Counted from the stretch's first letter, positions 37,029 through 46,813 are shown. The stretch: 58,126 nucleotides of DNA from a virus (IMGVR_UViG_3300001847_000530:1-58126), one strand, 5' to 3'. The notes: generated by a model not told the origin, from the sequence alone. Made by a program: numbers and translations.

Positions 37029-37252
37029 TTCTTGGTGTGGCCTTTAACCAGCAAATGCGCTGTTAGCGGTCGTATTCATCGAAGTCAGCAACATCAGAAT
37101 AGCAGGACAGCTATGATGCCAAGTGGCTAATTACGACGGATGGTATGCGAAACCCGGATGTTAAGACCCGCTGTTAACTAAAATGGTCTCATCCAGTGAC
37201 AGTAATGTCTAGCAGAGCCCAGGACAACATCGATGAGCAGCCACATCAAGAA
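37029..37252 (+). ncRNA. Candidate structured RNA C
   Basis: 13-bp closing stem TTCTTGGTGTGGC/GCCACATCAAGAA; preceded by boxA-like TGTTCTTTAC. Confidence 0.55.
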
Positions 37253-37253
37253 T

Positions 37254-37437
37254 GTAGACGACACGTGGAAATACACCTCATCAGCATGAAGATGGGGAAG
37301 CTTCCTCTCGGTCTGAACCTCGCGCGGTAGAAAGATTCCGCGGCGTTTGCTAGCAAATGATGCGTACTATCGACAAATGATGGCGAGTACCCGCAATACG
37401 AGGCTCTGGAAGTTCGCAAAGACCGTTCCACATCTAC
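37254..37437 (+). ncRNA. Candidate structured RNA D
   Basis: Nested GTAGA/TCTAC, GTGGAA/TTCCAC, CGGTCT/AGACCG and CCTCG/CGAGG stems. Confidence 0.55.
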
Positions 37438-37459
37438 CTGATCTATAGATACAAACGTT

Positions 37460-38968
37460 ATGACAAAACAAACCAACAAACAAACCGCACGCAGATTGCT
37501 CTCTAGCATTCTGCTTTCTGTGTTTACAGCTACTGCTCTAGCATTACCTAGCACAGATCCTACTAACCTGCAAACCTCGGCCGGCGTGACCGTTCTGCAA
37601 GCAACGAATGCGCTGACGATCACTGCACCAAACCGTGCTGTCCTGAACTGGACAAACTTCGGATCCGGAACGGACACGATTTCGCGAAGTGACTTGCTGA
37701 CATATCAGCTGCCTGATGCAAAGTCATCAGTACTAAATATCGTCACTGGTTCTGCACAATCGATGATCGATGGATATATTTCCTCAAATGGAAAAGTTTA
37801 TATCATCAATCCTAACGGCATTGTCATCGGAGCAAATTCGCGCTTTGATGTGGCCTCGCTAGCACTATCTGCTAGCGATAATCCAGTAGCTGCTCAGCTG
37901 CAATACCTGCGTGATGGTACTGTTCCATCCGAGGTTGGAATTCGGAGCGCATTTGGCTCGCTGACAGTCAATAGCTCAGCAATGATTCTAAGCCCAAACA
38001 TCACGCTTCTTGCCAAGAATGTATATGTCGGTGCTGCGATGTTCGGTGGTGCAACCACAATCAATGCTGACGGAGATGTCCAGCTTGGTGTGCAAGGCGG
38101 CTCGACGGTCTTCGGAGGTCTGACAATCACCAATGCCAGCGGAAATACAGTGCTGAGCATGGCAGGATCGACAGTCAATTCAACTGGTCCAATCGTTGCA
38201 ACCAGTGATCGTGGTAATGTTCTCAGTCAGGCAGGATCGCGCCTTGTGACTAAGAATCTAACTGTTACCTCGAATTACGGTGCTGTCAATCTTGGTGCTG
38301 ACGGTGCTCTGATTACAACCGCAACCGCTCCAACAGTCACGATTGCTCTTGATGGTCTGACACCTAATCCATCAGTTGGTGGATCTTCGACTGGCGCATT
38401 TGCTGTGACATCACCCGCATCTTTCAAGGTTGATGGAGTTACTGGTGTCAGCAATTCGCCATTCAGCTTTACGTCTGGCGGAGATCTTACACTGGGTGCT
38501 GTTCACCTTGATGTGACCAGTGCAACGACGTTTGCAGGAAAGACAGTCACAGATACCACAAACGGAATCTTCGTTTACGGCCCAGTGCTGTTTTCTGCTA
38601 CTGGTGGAGATATTTCAATCACCAAAGGCAATCATAGCTTTGGTCCTGTCAGCGTATTTGCCAACGGAAATGCGACAGTTTATGAAGCTGCTGCTCTCAA
38701 TTTGAATACTGTCAATGTCAAGAATCTTGTGCTGAAAACAGGAGAATACTTTTTTCAGACACCGACAACAGCAAGTCTCTTAGCCAATTCTTTCAATTTG
38801 ACTGCCTCAGGTGCCGTTTCATTGTTTACTGGAAACATCGCCTCGGGTCTTACGATCAGTGCCGGTTCATCAAGTGTAGATCTGAGCAGACTCAGTATTG
38901 CCACGAATTTGAACGGCATCGCACCAACAGTGACAACGACCGGTGCTGTTGGACAACCTAATCCTTAA
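37460..38968 (+). CDS. Secreted filamentous-haemagglutinin (TPS) N-terminal-domain beta-helix protein
   Basis: Signal peptide; A.LNW..F, VLN.V.G...S.IDG, NG.VYIINPNGI. Confidence 0.85.
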   Translation: MTKQTNKQTARRLLSSILLSVFTATALALPSTDPTNLQTSAGVTVLQATNALTITAPNRAVLNWTNFGSGTDTISRSDLLTYQLPDAKSSVLNIVTGSAQSMIDGYISSNGKVYIINPNGIVIGANSRFDVASLALSASDNPVAAQLQYLRDGTVPSEVGIRSAFGSLTVNSSAMILSPNITLLAKNVYVGAAMFGGATTINADGDVQLGVQGGSTVFGGLTITNASGNTVLSMAGSTVNSTGPIVATSDRGNVLSQAGSRLVTKNLTVTSNYGAVNLGADGALITTATAPTVTIALDGLTPNPSVGGSSTGAFAVTSPASFKVDGVTGVSNSPFSFTSGGDLTLGAVHLDVTSATTFAGKTVTDTTNGIFVYGPVLFSATGGDISITKGNHSFGPVSVFANGNATVYEAAALNLNTVNVKNLVLKTGEYFFQTPTTASLLANSFNLTASGAVSLFTGNIASGLTISAGSSSVDLSRLSIATNLNGIAPTVTTTGAVGQPNP

Positions 38969-38981
38969 TAAATAGTTAAGT

Positions 38982-39644
38982 ATGAAAAAGCTAATCGCAT
39001 TGTTTGCTGCGCTATCTTCGATTGCAGCAGCTCAAGTCACAACCGAACTGACAGCAGGTTACCGCTCGAAGGATTTTTCTTTCGGTAAGGTAGCATCTAC
39101 TGTCAGCGCTTATACCACTACTGCTGATATTCGCATCAATAGTTTTCGCCTGGGTACAAGCGTGCAGGATCAACTGACACTCAAGAGCTCAAAGTTGTAT
39201 CAGCTCGATTTGATCGGCGGATACAAGTTTTTCTCATCTCTTGCTGATGTCGAGTTTGGAACGAGGTATGTCACTAAGGGCATCTTTGCCAAGTACGATA
39301 TGAAGAATCACTGGCGCCCATTCGTGGAAGTCAGCAAAGGTATCTTCAGTGTCCGCAGTCAGATGGATCTTGAGGCTAAGACATCGAACATCGAGGGCGC
39401 GCTGAAACGTGCTCTTCCGCTCGGTGCTGGTTTCAAGTTCACGCCATCTGTTTATGTCGGATATACCGATGCGAATGACGCACTGCCACACACCATCAAG
39501 GAAATCAAGTACACCAACGTGTACTACGGTGGTTCTGGCGATGTCTCATGGAAGTGGGCTACAGCTGGTCTGTACACGATCCATACCAAGATCGACAAGA
39601 AATACACCAACGGCTATCGTGCTGGTGTTGCTCTGAAGTTTTGA
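38982..39644 (+). CDS. Small outer-membrane beta-barrel protein
   Basis: Signal peptide, amphipathic strands, C-terminal YRAGVALKF. Confidence 0.7.
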   Translation: MKKLIALFAALSSIAAAQVTTELTAGYRSKDFSFGKVASTVSAYTTTADIRINSFRLGTSVQDQLTLKSSKLYQLDLIGGYKFFSSLADVEFGTRYVTKGIFAKYDMKNHWRPFVEVSKGIFSVRSQMDLEAKTSNIEGALKRALPLGAGFKFTPSVYVGYTDANDALPHTIKEIKYTNVYYGGSGDVSWKWATAGLYTIHTKIDKKYTNGYRAGVALKF

Positions 39645-39688
39645 ATTTCCGCTGATCAATTCCGATCAGCAAAACAAAGGAAAAACGT

Positions 39689-39916
39689 ATGAAGAAATAT
39701 ATCGCTATTGCTGTAGCAACTGCCTCGCTGGCAATTGCTGCTGAAAAAGGTGAAAAGAAAAACGGTCCAGTCCTAACCGATGAGCAGAAAGCAATCATCG
39801 CGAAGTATGACACGAACAAGGATGGAAAACTCGACAAAGAAGAACGAGCAAAGATGACGCCGGAAGATGCAGCTAAACTGCCGCCTCCGCCTGATCGTAA
39901 GAAAAAGAAAGACTGA
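39689..39916 (+). CDS. Secreted single EF-hand protein
   Basis: Signal peptide; DTNKDGKLDKEE loop. Confidence 0.8.
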   Translation: MKKYIAIAVATASLAIAAEKGEKKNGPVLTDEQKAIIAKYDTNKDGKLDKEERAKMTPEDAAKLPPPPDRKKKKD

Positions 39917-39937
39917 TTTCTTCATAATTAACTAATC

Positions 39938-39970
39938 AAGTGGCTGCATCAAAAGTGCAGCCACTTTTTT
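39938..39970 (+). terminator. Rho-independent terminator
   Basis: AAGTGGCTGCA/TGCAGCCACTT stem plus T-tract. Confidence 0.85.
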
Positions 39971-40002
39971 GTTTACAGACGCAGCAGTTTGGTGTAGGAT
40001 AG

Positions 40003-40539
40003 ATGAGTATGTCACCAAAATACATTTTCGTAGATCTTGACGAGACGCTGATCAGCACAACATTCGTGGGCCGTACACGACCAGATACCGGTGGAATGGC
40101 TATTAGCTACATTCAGCTGATCGGCAATGAAACTGAAGAAGTTGACTATTACCGCGTGCGTCTGCGCGAAGGCGCTCGTATGCTGCTGAATGAACTGCGC
40201 GCAGTTGCTCCTGAGCACGTGCGTCTGCTAACTGCAGCTCAGCGTGACTACGCAGAGGCGATCAATACTCTGTACCAGTTCGGTTTTAGCACGGATGACA
40301 TTCACTCTCGCGAGGATATGCGGGCAGGAAACCTGACTGCTCGAGATTTTCCTGCTGGCGATGTCTATCTGATCGATAACCTGCCGCGGCACGAGAACCG
40401 CGTTAAGATCGATTATCTGCGCGCTATCACCGACGGTGACATAAACTACATCAAGGTAGCTGAGTACGTCGGCCATATCGAGAACGACTTCGCATTCGGT
40501 GACATCCAAGGTATTCTGGACGCGATCAATCGTAAGTGA
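40003..40539 (+). CDS. HAD-family (FCP1/NIF-like) phosphatase
   Basis: DLDETL, TAA...YA, LIDN. Confidence 0.75.
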   Translation: MSMSPKYIFVDLDETLISTTFVGRTRPDTGGMAISYIQLIGNETEEVDYYRVRLREGARMLLNELRAVAPEHVRLLTAAQRDYAEAINTLYQFGFSTDDIHSREDMRAGNLTARDFPAGDVYLIDNLPRHENRVKIDYLRAITDGDINYIKVAEYVGHIENDFAFGDIQGILDAINRK

Positions 40540-40660
40540 TTGATAGTCAACAACTTAGATAGTTTTGTAACCCGTTGATAGTCAGTCAGATAAAGGCCAT
40601 CAAAAACCTATACAAATTGCCAGAAATAGTGTAGAATATCTGACAGTTAACCAATACTTA

Positions 40661-41185
40661 ATGATGAAGATCAATGCTACCGCTCAAAAGGTGTTCACCG
40701 CCCTTACTGCTCAGTTTCCGAATCAAACGGAATTCAAGCGCTCTGCAATCCATGCGATTGCGATTCAGCTCGGTTACGGCACCAAGAACTACAAGGATCT
40801 GATCACCGATGAGTTCAAGATCCGCAAGGGTCTCTACAACTACGCCACTCTGATCGATCCGACTGCTGCTAAGTCGGTGTCATCGATGAACCTCGCGAAG
40901 TCGACTGACAGCAAAAAGCCTGCTAAGGCTGCAAAGAAGCTGAAGTCTGACCGTACATGGAAAGGCAAGAAAATCATTGATGCTGACGGAGATTTCCTTG
41001 CGGTGGAATCAACCGACGAAAAGATCAAGCGCAATGATGAGCCGTCCATGCCTACTGGTTGGCGTACCTCCCAATCTGTAATTGATTCTGATGGTTATGT
41101 CCGAGTCTATACGGATGGCAAGCTTGTTTCTAAGTATCGCCATTCTGAGGCTGGCAAGAATAACAGCAACAATACTAATGCCTAA
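40661..41185 (+). CDS. Hypothetical early protein
   Basis: Follows IHF-like boxes and TAGAAT -10; ATGATG start. Confidence 0.6.
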   Translation: MMKINATAQKVFTALTAQFPNQTEFKRSAIHAIAIQLGYGTKNYKDLITDEFKIRKGLYNYATLIDPTAAKSVSSMNLAKSTDSKKPAKAAKKLKSDRTWKGKKIIDADGDFLAVESTDEKIKRNDEPSMPTGWRTSQSVIDSDGYVRVYTDGKLVSKYRHSEAGKNNSNNTNA

Positions 41186-42281
41186 TAAACTACCAACTCT
41201 GTACTCGCGCACCTCTGCCGGAGGTGTGCAAGAGTGGACTATCGAGATCAGCGGTGACAAGTACCGCACCACGTACGGTCTGGTAGATGGCAAAAAGCAG
41301 ACGACAGAATGGATGATCTGCCAGCCAACAAACGTGGGCCGTTCTAACGAACGTGACGGAAATGCTCAGGCGATCTTCGAAGCTACTGCAGTCTGGAAGA
41401 AGCGTACAGAGCGTGGTTACTATCCGGACATCGAGGACATTGACAAGCCGCCGTTTATCGAGCCAATGCTTGCTCAGAAGTACGAGGATCGCAAGGACGA
41501 GATTGTCTTTCCAGTCTACAGCCAGCCCAAGCTGGATGGCATTCGCTGCATCACCACGCGCCTCGGTATGTTCAGCCGCAACGGCAAGAAGATCGTCTCA
41601 GCTCCGCACATCCACACCGAGCTGAAGGCGTTCTTTGAGCAGCATCCGGATGCGATTCTCGATGGCGAGTTATACTGCGACAAGTTAGCTAATGACTTCA
41701 ACAAGATCTGCTCGCTCGTCAAGAAGACTAAGCCGACCGCTGCTGATCTTGGAGAATCTGCTTCGAAGATCGAGTACCACATCTACGATCTGATCGACAC
41801 CTCGCAGACATTTACTGAACGCTACAACTGGGTAATAGCTCACGTTCCGACATCTGCCAAGACCAAGGTGCGTCTCGTCAGTACTGCTTTGATTCGTCTG
41901 CCAAATGATCTGGATGAGTACTACGCAGCTTATTTGGCTGCCGGCTACGAAGGTCAGATGGTGCGAATCGATGAATGCTACGAGCAGAAACGCTCAAAGT
42001 ATCTGTTGAAGCGCAAGGAGTTTCAGGATGCAGAGTACAAGATTCTGAGCATCCATGAAGGCGAGGGCAATCGTTCTGGCATGGCGGGCTATGCTATTCT
42101 AGAAAACCGCGATGGCACGACGTTCAAGTCGAACATCAAAGGTACTCACGAGTATCTCAAAGAATTGCTCGAGGACAAGGATATCCTTGCAAATCAGATG
42201 GCTACCGTGCAGTATTTCAATCTGACGCCAGATGGCGTTCCGCGCTTTCCATACGTCATTGCAATCCGTAACTATGAATAA
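41178..42281 (+). CDS. ATP-dependent DNA ligase
   Basis: PMLA, QPKLDGIR, LDGELY, YEG.M, K.K, PRFP. Confidence 0.92.
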   Translation: MPNKLPTLYSRTSAGGVQEWTIEISGDKYRTTYGLVDGKKQTTEWMICQPTNVGRSNERDGNAQAIFEATAVWKKRTERGYYPDIEDIDKPPFIEPMLAQKYEDRKDEIVFPVYSQPKLDGIRCITTRLGMFSRNGKKIVSAPHIHTELKAFFEQHPDAILDGELYCDKLANDFNKICSLVKKTKPTAADLGESASKIEYHIYDLIDTSQTFTERYNWVIAHVPTSAKTKVRLVSTALIRLPNDLDEYYAAYLAAGYEGQMVRIDECYEQKRSKYLLKRKEFQDAEYKILSIHEGEGNRSGMAGYAILENRDGTTFKSNIKGTHEYLKELLEDKDILANQMATVQYFNLTPDGVPRFPYVIAIRNYE

Positions 42282-42459
42282 GCCACTTCGTGAGCCATAT
42301 ATGGAAGATATAAACGCAGCTACGGTAGCTGCGATGAATAAGCTGATTGAGCTTAACATCATTGACGGCGAGGATCGTGCTCAGGATATTCTTTTCGATC
42401 AAATTTCAGCAGTTCTAGAGAAACATTTTAACTATCCAGATTACAGCAACTACAATTAG
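42274..42459 (+). CDS. Hypothetical protein
   Basis: ORF. Confidence 0.5.
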   Translation: MNKPLREPYMEDINAATVAAMNKLIELNIIDGEDRAQDILFDQISAVLEKHFNYPDYSNYN

Positions 42460-42461
42460 CA

Positions 42462-42659
42462 ATGAGCAATGAGAGTGGAAACAATAACGGTAAAGGATCT
42501 AAGCCCAGACCTTTCTCGGTGGATCGAAAGACTTTTGAGGAGAATTGGGACAGAATTTTTTCGTCAAACCGGAGGTCTGACCCATTTGACGAGAACGACA
42601 CAGACACACAGAATCAGACACCTAAGAAAAGGAAGAAAAATGGCTACAAACAATGGTAA
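42462..42659 (+). CDS. Hypothetical protein
   Basis: GKGSKPRP..V....F.ENWDRIF motif common in T4-like phages. Confidence 0.55.
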   Translation: MSNESGNNNGKGSKPRPFSVDRKTFEENWDRIFSSNRRSDPFDENDTDTQNQTPKKRKKNGYKQW

Positions 42660-42879
42660 TAAGAACGCCTACGAGATTCGTCTCGAGGTACTCCAAGCAG
42701 CAATCAGTATCGCTGAGAGCGCATACTATCAGCAGCTCGACAAGCGTCGCTTTGACGCTGAGCAGAGCAAGAGCGCTTACGAGCTCCCAGAGGATACTCG
42801 TGTGCGTGATGCACTGCGCATCGCCAAGAAGCTCTACGCCTTCGTGGAAGGCCCTGAGGACGTTCAGTCAGCAGAATAA
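42640..42879 (+). CDS. Hypothetical protein
   Basis: NAYEIRLEVL...AKKLY.FV. Confidence 0.6.
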   Translation: MATNNGNKNAYEIRLEVLQAAISIAESAYYQQLDKRRFDAEQSKSAYELPEDTRVRDALRIAKKLYAFVEGPEDVQSAE

Positions 42880-42892
42880 GCGTTAGTTTATG

Positions 42893-42998
42893 TAACCCGT
42901 TGGCTGTCAGCGGCCTAGAAAATCGTTGATAGTCAACGGGTTATAAACTTTTGTTTCCTTTCATTTTTTGAGCAACCATGTAGTATGTTCTCATGATG
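42893..42998 (+). promoter_or_regulatory. Early-promoter cassette with inverted IHF-like boxes
   Basis: TAACCCGTTG...AGTCAACGGGTTA..CCTTTCA..TAGTAT-6 nt-ATGATG. Confidence 0.7.
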
Positions 42999-43292
42999 GT
43001 GATCGTGATGAATGTTACTGCTGTAAAAAAGATCAATGACTGGAAGATTGCGAGGTTTGTGACACCCACCGCTTTTACTTCAGCTGGCCAGCCGATTCAA
43101 GGCGGCAAGACGATTGTCAACTTTTACTCGAGTCTCGATGAGATCGAGATTTATAGTACCGATGAGAACGGCGACATCATTGATCCTGCGAAGTTCGTGC
43201 CAGTTCATGATACTAGCGCGTGGAACTCTCTAGTAGAATCATATGAGCAGCATGCTGCGGCTGGCACCTTTCAGCGTTACATTCTCGCCTAA
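42993..43292 (+). CDS. Hypothetical early protein
   Basis: Follows cassette. Confidence 0.55.
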   Translation: MMVIVMNVTAVKKINDWKIARFVTPTAFTSAGQPIQGGKTIVNFYSSLDEIEIYSTDENGDIIDPAKFVPVHDTSAWNSLVESYEQHAAAGTFQRYILA

Positions 43293-43295
43293 TTT

Positions 43296-43589
43296 ATGAC
43301 GTATCCAGACGAAGTGACTAACTTACGCGCTCGCGTTCACGAATTGCTAGTGGAGCGCGCCGATCTCCAGCGTGAAAACGCCGCATTGGAAGCTCAAATT
43401 GAGCAAGATGCTAATGAAGATTGGCGAGCTTGGTGCGAAAAGTTTGAGCGTGAGAATGCAGCATTGCGAGACGCTCTGATTGAGTGCAAAGATACTTTGG
43501 TAGAATACGTCCACGGAGATATTGAAAATCCGGCGCGAATGAACTCTGCTTTAAACATTGCTCGTGCTGCACTTCAAAAAACACGCTAA
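43296..43589 (+). CDS. Coiled-coil protein
   Basis: Repeated RENAAL. Confidence 0.55.
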   Translation: MTYPDEVTNLRARVHELLVERADLQRENAALEAQIEQDANEDWRAWCEKFERENAALRDALIECKDTLVEYVHGDIENPARMNSALNIARAALQKTR

Positions 43590-43598
43590 AGAAACATT

Positions 43599-44135
43599 AT
43601 GAATCCAGAACTTGAATCTAAACTTTGTCAAAAGTACCCTACCATATTCCGTGACAGAATAAAGTCACCGCAGGAATCCTGCATGGCATTCGGTATCGAA
43701 TGCGGCGATGGCTGGTACACTGCAATCGACACGCTGTGCGAGTGTCTGTCATCTCTGTATTCTACATGGATATCCACGGGCGATGACTCGTTTGAGTTGG
43801 ATGCGCCTATAGTGGTTGCAGATCAAATCCAGGAAAAGCATGCCGGACTTCGCTTTTACTATCACATCGAGCTGACTGAAAATGCTCGTGCTATTTACGA
43901 AAAGTACAAAGACAATCCAGAATTCATGAAGAAGTACACGGAGGCTTCTCTTGGCTATACGCGCTACATCGCCGGCGCAATAGCCATGGCTAAAACCATA
44001 TGCTCGCGTACTTGCGAGGATACTGGACGTGAAGGTGTTCTTCACGTCAGCGAAGGTGGTTGGTGCCGCATATTAAATACTAAATTCGCGCAAACTGAAC
44101 AGCATTACATAAACCAAGGATATAAACCACTATGA
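43599..44135 (+). CDS. Conserved phage hypothetical protein
   Basis: GIECGDGW, Q.QEK..GLRFY, TCE..G motifs. Confidence 0.65.
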   Translation: MNPELESKLCQKYPTIFRDRIKSPQESCMAFGIECGDGWYTAIDTLCECLSSLYSTWISTGDDSFELDAPIVVADQIQEKHAGLRFYYHIELTENARAIYEKYKDNPEFMKKYTEASLGYTRYIAGAIAMAKTICSRTCEDTGREGVLHVSEGGWCRILNTKFAQTEQHYINQGYKPL

Positions 44136-44356
44136 GCAAGTACAGTAAAGTAACACTGACAATCGATGATGAAGTAGCAGACCAGCTGGTCTGCAGTAGA
44201 CTTGACGTCTCGATTAATTACTTGCGAGAGGACATCAAGAAACTGATCAAGAAGAAAAAGCTCGCTCCCTACGAAAAGGAAGACCTTGCAGACTGTCAGA
44301 AGGATCTGGCAGCTCTTGAGCAGGCGTTTGACTATTACGGCGGAAACTTGAAGTGA
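44132..44356 (+). CDS. Hypothetical protein
   Basis: Coupled ORF. Confidence 0.55.
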   Translation: MSKYSKVTLTIDDEVADQLVCSRLDVSINYLREDIKKLIKKKKLAPYEKEDLADCQKDLAALEQAFDYYGGNLK

Positions 44357-45051
44357 CTAAGATCTGCTTCATTTCTGATACGCACGGCGCGCACCTCGGT
44401 CTGCAGTTGCCAGACGCAGACATTCTGGTACACTGCGGCGACTTCAGCAGCCATGGCACCTACATGGATGCGCTGAGATTCGTCAATTGGTTTGGCGCAC
44501 AGCCGCACAAGCACAAGATCTTCATTGCGGGCAACCATGATCTGTACTTTGAGCAAGGCAATCCATCGGACATAACAGTGTTTCTGCAGCAGCTTCCGCC
44601 GAATGTTCATTACTTGCAGGACAGCGGAATTGAGCTGGAAGGCATTACTTTTTGGGGCTCGCCGGTACAGCCTCGCTTTTTTAACTGGGCATTCAATCGT
44701 GACAGAGGAGCAGACATCAAGAAGCACTGGGATCTGATTCCGCATAAGACAGATGTTCTGATCACGCACGGACCTGCGTATGCTCGATGCGATGAAGCTC
44801 CAAGAGCTGGTCGATTCGGCGATGTAAGCTGGCTCGAGCGAACTGGCTGCAAAGATCTGCTTGACGCCATCAAGCAAGTCAAGCCGAAGATTCACGCATT
44901 CGGGCATATTCACTACGCTTACGGCTACACCTTTTCCGAGAACGTCCACCATTTCAATGCATCGATCTGTACTGAGGGTTACGTTCCAAACAACAAGCCA
45001 TTTCTGGTTGATCTAAATGGTTGCAGTGTGGAGAAGATTGACATATTATAG
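44353..45051 (+). CDS. Calcineurin-like metallophosphoesterase
   Basis: SDTH, GD, GNHD, THGP, GHIH. Confidence 0.9.
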   Translation: MTKICFISDTHGAHLGLQLPDADILVHCGDFSSHGTYMDALRFVNWFGAQPHKHKIFIAGNHDLYFEQGNPSDITVFLQQLPPNVHYLQDSGIELEGITFWGSPVQPRFFNWAFNRDRGADIKKHWDLIPHKTDVLITHGPAYARCDEAPRAGRFGDVSWLERTGCKDLLDAIKQVKPKIHAFGHIHYAYGYTFSENVHHFNASICTEGYVPNNKPFLVDLNGCSVEKIDIL

Positions 45052-45058
45052 CTGCTAA

Positions 45059-45364
45059 ATGAGCTTACCCAAGTTTAAGTTACGTAAGAAATACTTTACT
45101 GATGTTATCATCACAGAGCCAATAACTATTACGTGGCCGGATGGAAAACAGACTAACGTCACGGTCCGCGGCACCATAGATCATCCGAAATTTACCGAGC
45201 TTCGCGAAAAGCTTGGTGCAAACGGATTGATAGAAATCGAGCGAGGATGGTGGAATGGCGACAGAGTGCTGAAGCCGTTTTATCTCAACAAGCACAAGTT
45301 TTCTGTGGGTGACAAATTTCTCAGCGCGATTGCTATGGCGGTGATGTTCGAGACAACAAAATGA
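45059..45364 (+). CDS. Hypothetical protein
   Basis: WWNGDRV motif. Confidence 0.55.
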   Translation: MSLPKFKLRKKYFTDVIITEPITITWPDGKQTNVTVRGTIDHPKFTELREKLGANGLIEIERGWWNGDRVLKPFYLNKHKFSVGDKFLSAIAMAVMFETTK

Positions 45365-45549
45365 AAGTATCATCTGTTAGACTCGCTATTGTCTTTCTAT
45401 ACTGCCTCGCTGTTCTGTACGGCGTCGGGTATGTAGTATTCTACAAAGGCGCCAGCGCTTGGTGGTTTTTAGCGGCAGGCTGTGTCCTGCCTCGCGGCGA
45501 TTTTATCCTGCGGTTGGCGCAGGAGGAGCCGGAGGAGCCGGAGGAGTAG
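45361..45549 (+). CDS. Small membrane protein
   Basis: Hydrophobic; SAWWF. Confidence 0.5.
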   Translation: MKVSSVRLAIVFLYCLAVLYGVGYVVFYKGASAWWFLAAGCVLPRGDFILRLAQEEPEEPEE

Positions 45550-46507
45550 AATCTTCTTTCTTCTTGGCAAACGGCGAGATGCTGCCTCCGCCTTTCTTGT
45601 GGCTCATGACTGCCATGACGACCACAAATAGTCCCATTACTGCGCCGACGACCCAGAACGGAATCGTGGCAGCTACATAAGAAAGGCCAAGCATTACTAA
45701 GCCGCCGATGATGAACACCGGACTCTTCAGCAGGAATCCTAGTACCATTAGTACTATGCCCACGCCCAGAAGTGCTTTGACGATCATACCGACCATCTCC
45801 TGCTTCTGTTTTTCCTTGGCGATCTCAACAGCATCATCAGCTTCCTTCTTCATCTTTGCGCGGAATGCTTCCTGTTCTTCCTGAAGTTTCTTGAGTGACT
45901 CAGCTTGCTCAGAACGAATCTTTGACTTTTCTTCTTCTTTCTGCTTGACAAGTTTATCAGCTTCTGCGTAACGCTTTGCGTCTTCCTCGGATTGTTTTAG
46001 CAGCACGCTATACTTTTTGCGAATGTCATCCTCAGCCTTCTGGCGATCTGCAGTGATGTCTGCCTCGATTTCCTTTTTCTTTCCTTCCGGTACTGGCATT
46101 AGTATTACAGCTGCTTCCTTTGACTTCAGGTTTGCAATCAGCACGCGCTTATCAAGTCCAGTAATTTCCTCGGTGGCAAATGTGATCCCGTAGTTGATAG
46201 CAGAAATCTTGTCAAAGTTATCATTGTCGATCTTTTCGCGTTTTGCATACGCATCTGCTAATTCCTGCCGAAACTTCTCGTAACGGATTTCCATTGCTTT
46301 GCGCGCCTCAGCCTCGCGCCGTGCAATTTCTGTCATTCTATCCACAGCATTGGAAGTTGCTTGAGCACCCGCAACTGTTCCACTGGTATCGCCGCCTTTA
46401 TTTTTATCTAGACGGTCGCCTAACGATGCTATCTTTCCGCCAATACCAGTAAGCAACTGGCAACCGGTCATAAGCATTAAGCAGAATAGTATGAATATCC
46501 ATCTCAT
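45503..46507 (-). CDS. Lipoprotein with long coiled coil and three C-terminal TM helices
   Basis: MTGC lipobox, charged heptads, hydrophobic C-terminus. Confidence 0.7.
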   Translation of the reverse strand: MRWIFILFCLMLMTGCQLLTGIGGKIASLGDRLDKNKGGDTSGTVAGAQATSNAVDRMTEIARREAEARKAMEIRYEKFRQELADAYAKREKIDNDNFDKISAINYGITFATEEITGLDKRVLIANLKSKEAAVILMPVPEGKKKEIEADITADRQKAEDDIRKKYSVLLKQSEEDAKRYAEADKLVKQKEEEKSKIRSEQAESLKKLQEEQEAFRAKMKKEADDAVEIAKEKQKQEMVGMIVKALLGVGIVLMVLGFLLKSPVFIIGGLVMLGLSYVAATIPFWVVGAVMGLFVVVMAVMSHKKGGGSISPFAKKKEDSTPPAPPAPPAPTAG

Positions 46508-46513
46508 CCTGGA

Positions 46514-46525
46514 TATTTATAAATA
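46514..46525. promoter_or_regulatory. Overlapping divergent late promoters
   Basis: Palindrome TATTTATAAATA between divergent genes. Confidence 0.75.
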
Positions 46526-46555
46526 GACTTGAATTCAACTCAATCACAACTACTT

Positions 46556-46813
46556 ATGGTTACACCTATCATCAAACTTCTGGGCACAGAAGCCTCGGTT
46601 AATGCTTCTGGAAGCACATTCAACGGCGCGCACTTGGTGCGAATTTATAACTCAAATGCGACAGATGTGCTGATTACTGTTACAGACACTGATACCAGCA
46701 CTGTCACCGGTACATTTACGCTGAAAACATACGAGACAGCATTCGTTCGCAAAAATGCGGCTGAAAGCATTTCAGCCGCTACTGCCTGCAAGATGGTCGC
46801 TATTGCGTTTTAA
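46556..46813 (+). CDS. Hypothetical late protein
   Basis: Beta-rich small ORF. Confidence 0.55.
   Translation: MVTPIIKLLGTEASVNASGSTFNGAHLVRIYNSNATDVLITVTDTDTSTVTGTFTLKTYETAFVRKNAAESISAATACKMVAIAF

Noticed and set aside
36520-37437. RNase P RNA, group I/II intron or SAM-I riboswitch
   Set aside because: No GAGGAAAGUCC/P4 signature, no interrupted host gene or domain V, and the CTCATC...GATGAG segment is too short and lacks the SAM-I core
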